Assembly (NCBI GenBank): GCA_964188305.1
Contig: OZ076889.1
Reading direction: 5' to 3' (one strand)
Origin: Podarcis bocagei
Lineage: Eukaryota
Length of the DNA: 64,000 nucleotides
Positions 11,756-24,120 of the stretch are shown here, in pieces. Position 1 is the first letter of the stretch; each line of letters opens with the position of its first letter. A program made the translations under genes and the position numbers. The notes beneath the pieces were generated by a model that saw only the letters and a list, made by a program, of their open reading frames with translations, had not been told where the DNA came from and made no database searches.

Positions 11756-12757
11756 CTGAAAGAGTGAAAACAGATTTTTAAAAATACATATGGGCACTAA
11801 TTCTAAACATTAATACCAATTAGTAAGCTATGTTTTGTATTTAAAAGGGTAAAAACATGAGAGATGGATGACAGCTGGTAATGTTACCTTAAACATTTAG
11901 CAGAGACATAGTGAACATTATCTACTTTACAAATGTGCCACTCATAAGTTCCTAGCTGCCATGCTGCTCCATACACTTAAAGCCATGCTCTCTTCCCTAT
12001 TCATAAGAACACTTCGCACTCCTCTTCAAATCCGTCATCAAGAACAGCTTCATTTGCAAAGCCCTTCCAGAGCTCTGTTTGCCCATTTGTCACTCACTTT
12101 CCCAGATTGCTTCTACTCCTCCTCCCTAATCCCCTACTTAATTTTGTCTGTAACTTGTATAAAGACATTGTCACCTCCATTTTCCGCGATATCTGCCCAA
12201 TATTGCTGGTGCTTAAAAGCATTTAAATAGTGAACATACAGAGCCACAGATACCAAAAAGTTATGGAATAAAGCTTTTTAATTTGCTAAATTAGCAAAGT
12301 AAGAGGTTACAGATTATTTTTCATTCTGTCCTTCCTTCAACAAGATCAGAACAATATATATTCAATTCAGGATTATTTAAAATATGAAATATTCTCTCTA
12401 AATTCCTATTTAATAGGATACCAATATTTTCAGATTATGAGGAAACCTATTTAATGAATGTATTGTGGCCAGGAAAAGATCTAGGACATATAAAATGTCT
12501 TAAGGGGGAAGGACTAGAAGTTCCTAATATAATGCTACATTGCATTCATATCATAGGGCATTATTGGTTGCCTCTTAGTTGTGAATCTGGTTACAAAAGA
12601 GAAAATATTGCAAGTACTATTAAATTGTACTCTGCTCATCAGCAAAATGTGGGCTTCGGGGCTTCGTTTTGAGAAAGGTATAGAAATTTAATAAATGAGT
12701 AAGTGAGGAAAATGCACGTTTCAAATTAAAAAATATTCCAGATGCGCCTTCAAACTA

Positions 12758-12999
12758 CAGTGGTACCTTGGGTTACATACGCTTCAGGTTACATACGCTT
12801 CAGGTTACAGACTCCGCTAACCCAGAAATAGTGCCTCAGGTTAAGAACTTTGCTTCAGGATGAGAACATAAATCGTGGTCTGGCGGCGCAGCAGCAGCAG
12901 GAGGTCCCGTTAGCTAAAGTGGTGCTTCAGGTTAAGAACAGTTTCAGGTTAAGAACGGACCTCCGGAACGAATTACGTACTTAACCCGAGGTACCACTG
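12758..12999. mobile_element. Tc1/mariner (Tigger/pogo-like) MITE
   Basis: TIR CAGTGGTACCTTGGGTTA / TAACCCGAGGTACCACTG with TA on both sides. Internal cttcaggtta subrepeats. Same family as 36411-36665, in opposite orientation. Confidence 0.9.
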
Positions 13000-13239
13000 T
13001 AATTATAATGCATTGTGGTATGGAGTCAACTCTAATTTTAATCAAAGGAGATAAATGAATTTTCTTCAGTCTAGGATAAAAATCCTTTTCACACATTTAT
13101 AATTTTACTCTAGGTGCAATGCAACAACCCGAAAATCTGAAATTTGCCATTTTTCATGTACTTTGCAGACAAAATTTACTAGAGAGCTGGTACCATTAAA
13201 GGATTATTGGGGGGGAATGCTTGCCACTGATAGCATACC

Positions 13240-13555
13240 TAACTTGTTGGCATCTGTCAGTCTCATGAGACAATGGAGTACGCCTCCAGGGATGAAGTCA
13301 AGCTGCTGCATTAGCAGCACCTAAGTGACCTCCCTGGGGCGCAAGCCAGAGTAGTGTGCATAGAGGCCCTGCTCAGACATATGTAATCCAAAGGAATACA
13401 GGGCAGTGTGTTTGGCACCAGCTTGGCTGCAGTTGTTGGAAAGAGGTTTACAAAGTGCCATCCATCTTAGGGATTTGTGTAGGGTTCACTTCTTACCCTT
13501 TTATTTTCCTGAAGATATCCTCCAAGGCAGTGAAGGGTTAGGACCAGAGTTTTCT
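13240..13555. mobile_element. Interspersed repeat fragment, probably a non-LTR retroelement end
   Basis: GC-richer block (gagacaatggagtacgcctccagggatgaagtcaa...gcagcacctaagtgacctccc) resembling a common lizard repeat. Family and ends uncertain. Confidence 0.4.
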
Positions 13556-14048
13556 TACTAATACCTACTAATTCATTAATTAATTTGAAAGAACAACAAA
13601 CTAATAATACCGGTGTTAAAAAACTAGGTTCTCAGTGGACATTATATAGGAATATAATTCTGAAGCCTCTGTGCTATTCGTATGAAAGAACTCTGCTGAG
13701 GTTTAGCTTTGATAGTAGCTCATTACTGGGAAGAGACAAATTGATAATTTGAGTAGATTTTGTTGAAAATATGGTTCAAGATAAAATTGATTGCCACCCA
13801 CTGCTATTCTTCTCACCACTCCAGAAGAAATTGTATAACCTATGAAAGCAACTCTTAGCAAAAGCAACAGATGAGAGTCTGTTGGGGCAAGGAGAAGAGA
13901 ACTGAGCAGGAAGGCACCTGTTGCACTTCTTGAAGCTTCTGCACCAGGGATTGGATATCTACCCCTAGTTCTCTGGCTTGTTTTACACAGGCACAAAACC
14001 CACCTGTTGGGGCTGCACAGACCTCAAACAAGTGTTGCTCCCTATTAC

Positions 14049-14150
14049 CTGCTTCGCAGTTCTGTTTCCCAGTTCATCAGCTATTTTCTGCCATCGTCGA
14101 GATTCTATTTCTTCTGGTGGATATTTCAGGAGTAGCAATTCAAGCTTTTT
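14049..14150 (-). CDS. ZZZ3: ZZZ3 coding exon 6 (SANT/Myb-like)
   Basis: cttcag|AAA...CAG|gtaata. Reads [34 protein letters not shown]. 102 nt. Confidence 0.97.
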
Positions 14151-14310
14151 CTGAAGCAATCACAAAGTAGGTCATAAATACCAATTAATGTTTCACAAAA
14201 GAGAGCTCCACTTATTCATTAATGGGGGTGGGCAGGGGTGGGGAATACAATGCAAAAGCCAAATTAACATTATAGAATTGTATGATTCTGCTAGCCTCAT
14301 TTTCCATTAC

Positions 14311-14382
14311 CTGTTCTTCTGTACTCCACAGCTGATTAAAAGTTTCAGGTTTGGTCTCATCACAAAGTCGCCCTCTTATCAT
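14311..14382 (-). CDS. ZZZ3: ZZZ3 coding exon 5
   Basis: aagcag|ATG...CAG|gtaatg. Reads [24 protein letters not shown]. 72 nt. Confidence 0.97.
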
Positions 14383-14561
14383 CTGCTTAAATACAGTACA
14401 TAACATGGGACAAGACTTTAGAGAAGTTCATTTAACTGGATTTAATTCAAACAAAACCAGAGTTTACTCAATGAATGACTAAGCAAATCATCTAAATTTT
14501 CACATTAAAATAAATATTCCCAATGGGCAGGTATTTGAAACTAGTGCCTTTGAATTCATTA

Positions 14562-14993
14562 CAGTGGTGCCCCGCAAGACGAATGCCTCGCAAGACGGAA
14601 AACACGCTAGACGAAAAGGTTTTCCGTTTTGGAGGTGCTTCGCAAAACGAATTTCCTATGGGCTTGCTTCACAAGACGAAAATGTCTTGCGAGTTCCTGC
14701 GGGGTTCCCCCCCCCCCTCTTCCCCAAGCCGCTAAGCCGCTTAACAGCTGATCCTAAGCCGCTAAGCCGCTTAACAGCTGATCCGCTAAGCCGCTTAACA
14801 GCTGATCCGCTAAGCCGCTTAACAGCTGATCCGCTAAGCCGCTTATCAGCTGATCCGCTAAGCCGCTAATCAGCTGATCCGCTAAGCCCGCTAATAGTGC
14901 TAATCCGCTAATGGGCTTGCTTCGCAAGACGAAAAAACCGCAAGACGAAGAGACTCGCGGAACGGATTCTTTTCGTCTTGCGAGGCACCACTG
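14562..14993. mobile_element. Tc1/mariner-type MITE carrying a 24-bp tandem array
   Basis: TIR CAGTGGTGCCCCGCAAGACGAA / TTCGTCTTGCGAGGCACCACTG, TA-flanked. About 6 copies of CCGCTAAGCCGCTTAACAGCTGAT at ~14729-14890. Confidence 0.9.
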
Positions 14994-15063
14994 TACAACT
15001 ATTGAAAATGCTCTTTTATAAAATCCTGAAAATAGCTTCTGTCTTATTTTTGGTAGTATTTAC

Positions 15064-15182
15064 CTGCGGACGGTTGTTTGCTGAAGCTTCTGGACAATCA
15101 CTGAAAGGCAAGACAGAGTACGAAGTGGCCTCTCCATCCTTTCTGAGATCCAAAGGGCTTTTTGGTCTTACAGGTAAACCTA
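15064..15182 (-). CDS. ZZZ3: ZZZ3 coding exon 4
   Basis: ttttcag|TAGGT...CAG|gtaaat. Reads (V)[39 protein letters not shown]. 119 nt. Confidence 0.95.
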
Positions 15183-15254
15183 CTGAAAATAATAGAAAAT
15201 AATTATTAAAGAGCATTAGAGTGCCCCACCACCATGACACAGTTATTTACTTAC

Positions 15255-15402
15255 CTTTATCAAAAATAAGTTTTGCTCGTCTACTGTTACGCTTTCGGTT
15301 TTTGAATTCTCTTTCAAAATTCCCAAGGCTTGTAGTATATTGGTCCCAGGATATATCTGGCAGCTGAACAACTCTCTGTGGATATGGAAGCCCTACATCA
15401 AC
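15255..15402 (-). CDS. ZZZ3: ZZZ3 coding exon 3
   Basis: tttttcag|GTT...AAA G|gtaagt. Reads [49 protein letters not shown]. 148 nt. Confidence 0.97.
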
Positions 15403-17156
15403 CTGAAAAAGTCAAAATTATGAAGAAAAGAGTTCACAAATACACACAAAGCACACTTTCAAGTGATGCAATATGAAACTAATATGAGCCTGTTTTAAAG
15501 TAACCCATGTTTTACTGTATTTCCACATTTTAAAAGGAACTCGTCCACAGTAATACACAGGAAAGCATATAAAATATGTAGGGGAATGGGAAATGATGGC
15601 TTGTTGGAGATCATGTTTAAAACAGTGACAGTCATCTCCTCTTACTGTCTTTTGTTAGCTAAATAGAAAGCATGATTTCCCATCAAATTTTAGTCTGTGC
15701 GCAAATATAGCATATTAAGAGAGACAGGGAGGAGACCAGGAAATAGAAATTAAAGAACATACCAGTTGGTCAAAAACATCTTCAGAATGTGTGTGGATAT
15801 TTCCCCCTACAACTCACTCACTATATGCTCTTCCCTTAATAATTCAATTGTAATCAATGGCAGTATGTTCCACAAAAACATCTACAGACTGGCCTGAAAC
15901 AGACACTTCTGCTTTCTCATGACTGCATCATACAGCTCAATTGCTAGTTCTCTTTGCTAGGACATCTAAACTTTCTCTGCAAAATCAGAAGTAAATTAAC
16001 TGTCAATGACAAGCAGGAGGAGTTACAATGCTGCAGCATACATTCAACTAGGGGTGGCAAATAACCCTAAAACAGCGTGGTGGGACATTAGTGTGAGCAT
16101 GCAACTTATTCCCCACCTGCAGACAGCTTTCAGTGTGAACCAAATCCTATGCATGAACACCTGGTCACATGGAGATGTTGTGTTTTTCTCTGCAGAAATT
16201 TTGCAATGAGAAGCCTTCTTCAAATGTTCAGTCTAAATACGTGAGGGCAAGGGGAGCAGGAAGAGACTAGGTGTCTGTACCAACCATTACCCCAAAATCC
16301 TGAATCATGCCCATTCCCACCACACTCGTCCTTTTAGCCTTTAGCACAGAAGTCTGTAAGGGGCTTCCATTCAGGAACCTTACAATCGGGAACCCTGATA
16401 ATATTGAGTTCCTGGTGCCCGTGTCCTCAGGCTGTAAGAGGGCTTCATAAGATCAGGAGTGAAGGGCTGAGTTTACACTGAAAGCTATCTGGAGAGGGAC
16501 ATGGATGTGGGAGAGGGCATAAACTCCATTTTCTACCCCAATGTTTCAGTGTCACCCCTGGGTGAATTGTAGCTGGGATGTTAAGGGGCCATTTAAAAAC
16601 CCAACAACAAGAAGCATTGGCGCTGTCTATAGCATGAAAGGATATGGAGGCCACTGAACATGTCATTGATGGTTAAAGGAGGTATGAAGTCAGGAACTAA
16701 TGGCTGCCTCTGCCCCTCAGTTACGGAGAGTGGTGGCTTATATAGACAGCTTAATTGAAACTGCCAAACAAATTGGGAGTTGGGCACAGTATGGGGAACC
16801 ATTTCATACCTCGGCTACCTGAGTGCATGGGAGGCCCTGAATCAGAAGAACCAGCCCCAAGTGGGGAATTTGGGAAAAGACAAGTTAAGGGAAGAAGAAT
16901 GGAAACTCTTGCCCTTACCTATTAGATCTGACAGGCCCTCAACCAACATTACAACCTCATTACAAAATCTTCACAAGCACAGTTTTGAACAATGTATTTG
17001 AGAAGGTAACAGACTCAAGAAGCTCTAATTGCCTGTGTCTTATAGAAAGACAATGTTTTCCCCTAATTCTACCATTTACACGCACTTGTCTGCAGGAGAT
17101 GAATTATTCGTTATCAAACATCTCTCAGGGGTGCTTAAAAATTCCCACTGCAATAC

Positions 17157-17295
17157 CTTCTTTTGGAGACCTTCCACAAATCCAATGGGATCTTTCAGCG
17201 CTTCTCTCTGGTGTCTGCCTAAACTCTCAAGATCTTGAACTGCTTGAGTGCGCTGAGCCTCGAGTACCGCAATCGTCTGTAACAGTCTCTGATAA
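17157..17295 (-). CDS. ZZZ3: ZZZ3 coding exon 2
   Basis: ctctgtag|T TAT...AAG|gtattg. Reads (D)[46 protein letters not shown]. 139 nt. Confidence 0.97.
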
Positions 17296-17706
17296 CTACA
17301 GAGACAAAGGGAAACAACTCACTACAGATTTCTATGCACAATAACCAAAGCAAAAGGAGGGGGGAAACCCTAAAACCTCAGCACCCAGCACACTTATCTG
17401 AAAGACTCAAACAAAGCATATTATTTTAAACAGGACTGCATATATTTAAAGTAATTTTTTAAGTGCACCAATAGAATGTGTGTCAGAAGTTCTTTTAATC
17501 TGAAATAGTGGTAGGATTGACTGCTTTATAGAAATATCAGCAAAAACACATAACGAGTATAAAAAACTGGATGCTGAGTAAGCCATAAAACAATGACTTT
17601 TTTCTTCTTGCTGCACAGTATGTTTATTTCTACCTGCCACTATAAATATGGTTCCAACATACTAGACTAGTATCACTCTGATACCTGGGCAAAGGAAGTA
17701 TCTAAG

Positions 17707-17742
<36 letters not shown>
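17707..17742. repeat. (TATC)n microsatellite
   Basis: About 9 TATC units. Confidence 0.95.
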
Positions 17743-18187
17743 ATAGTCAATGAGTTTAACCTGAGTTAATTTCCCCCCACTCCCAAAAATATACCACAAA
17801 ACCTTGCCTGGCAAAAGATTTTGGCATAGCTAGGGGGTGGGGCAGACTAAGTGAGCAGGCACTGGGCAGGCTGTGGACTGAGCCCCATCTGAAAGCGGTC
17901 CAAGGCCTACTGCAGGTCTCAGTCCACTGTTTGTGTTTCTTTTAATGATAAAGCAGCCTCAGGACAGAGCCAAGGCTCTGTTATACACATTTGCATGAAT
18001 GGTATAGTTCACTTTTCAGTGATGCAATTCATGTTGATACTGAAAGCTATTATATCTTATTTATTTTGCTTTGTCTTACCAAAGACATGCCTCAAGTTCC
18101 TTCCTATCTGCATCATTAATGGTTTATATCTTCAGTATTATTGTGAGTGTATGTGTTCACACCCACACAAATGCAGAGTTCTGACAT

Positions 18188-18510
18188 GTGTCAGCCCGGA
18201 CACTGAGGTCCAACTCCAAGGGCCTTCTGGCGGTTCCCTCACTGTGAGAAGTGAGGTTACAGGGAACCAGGCAGAGGGCCTTCTTGGTAGTGGCGCCCGC
18301 TGTGTGGAATGCCCTCCCATCAGATGTAAAGGAAATAAACAACTATCTGACTTTTAGAAGACATCTGAAGGCAGCCCTATTTAGCAAAGTTTTAAATGTT
18401 TTATGTTTTATTGTGTTTTTAATATTTTGTTGGAAGCCACCCAGAGTGGCTGGGGAAACCCAGCCAGATGGGCAGGGTATAAATAAAAAATTATTATTAT
18501 TATTATTATT
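18188..18510 (+). mobile_element. L2 LINE 3' end
   Basis: Encodes RAFLVVAPAVWNALPSDVKEINNYLTFRRHLKAALF, the typical L2 ORF2 C-terminal motif. Followed by a 3' UTR and (TTA)n tail. Confidence 0.85.
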
Positions 18511-21245
18511 TCCTAAAGCATAAATAATGAGTTCTTGCTTACACTGCTGTCTCACAGAAAGAATAATTCTTTTGCATTGACATCTTAGGAGTTCATACAT
18601 GTTCACAGGATTTATTTATTATTTAGCAAAAGGAAAGCATTGTTTTTGCTTAGCAATACTATTAAGCACATTAATAAAAGCAGTACTTAACTGGCTTAAT
18701 AGGCACAAATCCCAAGAGGATAAATGTTTTTCTAACAATATGTTAGACAACAAGCCTTGCAAATACATATTCATAGAGGGTAGCTACTTTTTATAGTTTA
18801 TACAAACATATACAACTCCTGTGTGGGCGGGCCTGAATAATTATGACACTGAAGTAACAGGAAAAGAAACTTACATGTGCATAATTGTTCCTATATATAA
18901 TTGTCTAAACATATGATAAAACAAACCCAACAAGGAATACATACCTAATGGTGCAAAATTGGAATATTTTCCCATTACTATTGGAAAAAAAATCAACATA
19001 TTTACATCTTAGGCTGAATACTCAGGAATCTTAGTGTGTTCATTGTAGCTAGATAAACATGAAGTGCGTCCAGCTAGAAATGTTTTATGCAACAATTTGA
19101 TTTCCATCTCATGTGAGAAGAAATATGCTGACATTTGAATGGCTTTCCCAGACAAGCTACTGGGCAAGCCTTTGCCAAGGGTAGTTAATTTAAATAACTG
19201 GATGAATTCCTAATATAGGCATTCACTTCCTTCCATAGCAAGAGCAGTCAACAGGAAAGGAAAAAGTGAATCACTAATGAGAGATCCTAAAGTTGTTGGA
19301 ATGTAGGATATGCCTCATTATCACATTGGACACAGAGGAATGAGAAGAGGGGACTAAGAAAAGAACGCAAAAAATAGCCAGTTCTGGATTTCCATATAAG
19401 GTTCAATCCTTACAGAAACTACTGTCTGACAAAGTCTATATGGGAATTCATGCACAGCCTCTCTACATGCACATTGTATTAGTTACTCACTAATATTTGC
19501 ACAGGGGTTTTGCACATAGGGATTCTGAAAGCAATCTTAGAAGTAATACCGTCTTCTTTGATTGCTTGTTATGAGCAATACCACAGTTCTCAGGTCTAAC
19601 AACCCATGAAATGAACTAGTAAAGATTTCACATATGTTTTGCATTTTTAAGTCTGCCTTCTAATTATCTGAAAGATCATATAGTCCTTTTTATACAGTCA
19701 AAATTCCAACATAGTTTGCAGTAGAAGAATTAGTTTCTCAGCTGACTTAGTTCAATAAACTATTTTATGTGATTTATATTTAAGCTGCTGTGGGTTAAGC
19801 GGTCTATCATGCAACTTTATTTTTACAAAGCAATCCGTCAGTCCAAATAATTAAAATCTGTTTATAATTAGCCATTTTCATTATACTAATAATTTCAGAT
19901 TGCCCCAAGGGCAGATAGAAAATGTGTTTACTTCCTAGAGCCAAAGAAGACAGCTGAATCTACAGAGAAGCACAAGGCTACATACCCAGTAGGCACTCAT
20001 ACATGAGCCAGGGGACTCCTGAACTATTTATTGCCGCAGTGCTTCCTTTAAAATGTTCTTACACTGCTGTCTACTGTTTTGTGGGCCCAGGCACAGTGAG
20101 GCAGAGGTGGAGTGCACAGACAAAAGAAAGGGAACAGGAAACACACGCTGGATTCAAATTAGGCCACAACTTTAATGATTACAGATGCAACTGGTTCAGC
20201 ATAGGCATTGGGTGTGTTTTGCAAAGATCAACCAGCCTACCTGCTGGTTGATGAACCATTGAGGTTAACAAAAAATTAGAGGTCCCCCTGCAGTGGCTAC
20301 CACATATGGAGAACCCCTAAGTGATCCCCAGTGTGGTGTGGCAGAAGAGGAAGATTGCAGAAAGGTGTGAAAGCATCTCTGTGAGCAGAGATTTTCCACA
20401 ATCTTTCCCCTTCGTCTCCCATACCACATCTAACCCCATTCAGCAAAGGAATTGAGAAGCCTTTTCAGAAGACTGTCTGGGAGAGGATGGGGTGGAAAAG
20501 TCACTTTCCACCTCACCCACGGTATATCTCTGGATCCACCCCAAATATACATTCACACAATCATATGGTAAGTATTGAAAGCTAGTAACCTCATTAGTAT
20601 TCTAAATAAAATTCTTTTTTCATCCTAGGCAAGGTTTCCAATCTTACAACTGTAACACAATTAACTTTTTTGCCAACACAAAAGCTAACAAACTTAATCT
20701 CAAAACATCATTTTGAATACATATATATTATGCCATTCCACCACACATCTGCCACAGGTGGCTCACATAACGATTAAATACTAATGCAACTGAAACGAAG
20801 TTTAAAATACAAAATACTTAACTCATTACAACTGCCTTTTTTTCTTACGAGAATCAAAATCCTGGCAACACCAAAAAAGAACCATACATATGCAAGGACT
20901 GCTATGAAATTGCATGGACTCATAAAACTACTGCTATATTATCAGCAGCACAACTGAATTCTATGCTTCACTTTCTGATTCATATATTTATGTAGGGAAT
21001 TATCACAACAGGACATTTAAATAAGTCCTTTTTCTGTATCATCATGATAACAGATGATAGATGAAAAACCCATAAAAAGAAAGCTAAACACTATCTCCAA
21101 CAAGTAAATGCTTCAAAAATTTTCTTCATACTGACAATATGAAGTTAATCTATCAATGGTAGAACTGAATGCCCATTTTAATAAATCTTTGCTTCTCTAG
21201 TCAAGAAAAATAAGATTCTCCTCATTCAACATTAACTAACAGAGT

Positions 21246-21314
21246 AAAGGAAAAAGGTAAAGTACCTCTGGACAGTTAAGTCCAGTCAAAGGCGATTATG
21301 GGGTGCCGCGCTCA
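21246..21314 (-). mobile_element. Sauria SINE-like 3' fragment
   Basis: aaaggtaaagtacctctggacagttaagtccagtcaaaggcgattatggggtgccgcgctca resembles the reverse-complemented Sauria SINE tail. Confidence 0.6.
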
Positions 21315-23479
21315 GATAAGACTATACTGTTAAAATATTCATACTTCATAAATCAGAAGTTAGGGTATAACCTGTTTTGAAAATGCAACATATGAATGTC
21401 TATTTTTATTCTTATGATGAGACCAAGCGTATTATAAATTTAAAATGGAACAAACATAGCATCTTTTGTAATATACTAACAGGCTAATGTGACAGATGTA
21501 GTGTTTGTTCTGATAAAGCACAGAGGTGGCTCACTTAGAACATAAGAGTCATGAACTTCCTGCATAGGTTTATACAAGGCACATCCTGTATCTCAAGGGA
21601 AATGTTTCATTATTTTTTAGTTGATTCTGCTATTTCAAGCAATTATTTTGTTTCCTGCTGTGGAATCACAATATTAATTGTGTATACACTAATTATTTAT
21701 TTAACACACTTTAAAACTGAGACTGGAGAACAATAAGCAACGACAGCAAGGTAAAACAGAAAATACAATTTGTGGAGCATTTTAAGAGGATGATAAACCA
21801 CTGGTACCAGGACAGACATAGCGTTCCTGATCCCTTTACCACGTTTGTGAGACTGAAAGCTCCCAGTAGGCTCATTCACTTCTCACACCATCTTCTTTCA
21901 CACCAAAATCCCTTCCCTCATTCCCTTTTCAGATATGACTATAGTGCAGTTTAAGGTTGCATTCATGGTAATAGCAACCATGGAGAGTTCAAAACAAGAG
22001 ATAAAAGCATACACGTGATTAGAAGTGGGATGTTAGAATTAACACCAGTATAGACGTAATTCTGAAAAGAGAAGTGAGGGGAAGTTGCACACAAGTGGTA
22101 AAGGTATGTAGAAGCCTATGGGGTGTCAATAATTTCCTAACCGTAGTTAGAAAATCAGTAACATTCTGTCTGCAGTCGGTTTTCAAAATTTAGTAAATAT
22201 ATATATCAGTTCCAGTATTTTCCAGACAATCATTACTGGTTATCGGAAAAATAACCCTGTTAAATGCATGTCTATTGAAGAAACATTGCAAATTGGGCTA
22301 GGCTGGGTTGGAAGCAGAGCTCAAGTCCCAAACCCTGGAATAATGCTCCACTCCAGCACCAGCACTTGTAAACAGGAACAAATGGAAAAGGTGTTTAAAA
22401 GTTATATGAGCTGGTGAAGAGCAGAGCTCAATTCCAGGTGTAGTGGTCTCTCTGAACTAAAAGAAATTTAGAGGATGATTCAGAATATAGAGAGCAGATA
22501 TATAACCATCCAAACCAGGCTGTTGATCAAGGAAACATATTTTATGAGATATTTGCTATTCTAGTCTTTTAACAGTTTAGTCGGGAAAACTAAGTTGGAC
22601 TTGCCTTTGGGAACTTTTAGTAGACAAGTGGAATAAGAATCAGTAATTATTAGTCACATGATAGATAACTTATTCCAAAGCTTTTTGCCTATGAGAAGAT
22701 TGGCTTCATTAGGCCCAAACTGAGAATCCTGCCCTCCCAAATTATTTAGTTCTGTTATTGCATTTTGTTCATTTACTGATGAGAAACAAAGTACTCTGAA
22801 CATGTTTAAAACCATTATCCTTTTTATTACTTCATGTGTTTCAAAGTGAATTCTGGCACACACAATTGGTTCTAAAGTTGGGGTTATTGGGAGGGAGAAT
22901 CTCTGAAATTAATCCAAGAATGAAATGAAGTAACAAGTCCTCTTCAATTTGCTATTCTTTACACATACACACACACACACAAAGTTATTTTTACAAAAAA
23001 GGGGGGGGGTGAAAGCATCTTGTTTCCATCTAGAGGAAATAAAATCAGAAAAAAAGGATTTGGCCATAAAAAATACACACATTTTATTCTTTTTGCCTTC
23101 TACAGAGCAGCCAGAGCTGTTGTAACCAAAATATTCCAAAAAATATTTATGTATAAAAAATACTTCTATAGTGATTTCATTAAAAAAATATCAAAGCAGT
23201 TTACAACAATTATATCTATACAATAAAACCATATAAAAAATAAAATCACAGATAATCAGCTATTACAAAAGCTATTAATGGTCTTCCTAAGCCTAGTGAC
23301 ATAGAAAAGTTTTCAGCAAATGTTTAAAGGCTAAAATAAAAGGTGCCTGCTGAGATGACTATGAGATATTAATCCATATGTACAGTATCTATGAAACATT
23401 CTAAAAAGCAGCAGCTACCATTTATCCAACCTTTCAAACAATTCAACAATATCCCATTTCTGGGCAAGGTACTAGAGTG

Positions 23480-24120
23480 TATACTGGCATCTCAGGCTCC
23501 AGGGGTTTCTGGATGAGATGGAACACCTAGATCAATTTCAATCTGGTTTTAGGCCTAGTTATAGGACAGAGGAAGCTTTGGACATACTTCCCTTGTCCAA
23601 TTCCCAGTGTATGTCCCAGTTGGTTCTGCTGGATGGGATTTGGAGACACTGTTCTAAATTGTCTCAGTTATAAACTGGTGTGCCATCAGTAATGGAACTT
23701 AATCCAGACAAGACAGAGGTACCAGAACAGTGAATATGGATTCAGCCTGTACTGGATGGAGTAACACTGCCCTTGAAAACTCAGGTTCACAGTGTGGGTA
23801 TGCTTCTGGATTCAGTCCTGAGCCTGGATGCCCAGATGGCCAGAAGTGCATTTGCACAGTTAAAGCTGGTGCACCCACTCCTGCAGATGTCTGATCTGGC
23901 CACAGTAAGACACACACCTTATTTACATTGTGTTTGGATTACTGTAGCACACTCTATGTGGGGCTGCCTTTGAAAAGTGCTCATAAACTCCAACTGGCCC
24001 AAAGAGCTGCAGCCAGGCGGTTAACAGGGGCCGGTTATAGGGAACATATGATTCCCTTGTTACAATAACTCCACTGACTACTTCCAGGCACTCGTCTGTT
24101 TTTGGACACAATTCAAAGTA
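23480..24120 (+). mobile_element. Degraded L2 LINE ORF2 fragment
   Basis: Broken frames give PVLDGVTLPLKTQVHSVGMLLDSVLSLDAQM..ARSAFAQLKLV and YCSTLYVGLPLK..KLQL, typical of L2 ORF2 downstream of the RT core. Boundaries approximate. Confidence 0.75.

Noticed and set aside
14729-14890. 24-bp repeats as a CRISPR array or PLSRLTAD repeat protein
   Set aside because: Head-to-tail tandem units with no unique spacers, inside a MITE in a vertebrate intron.
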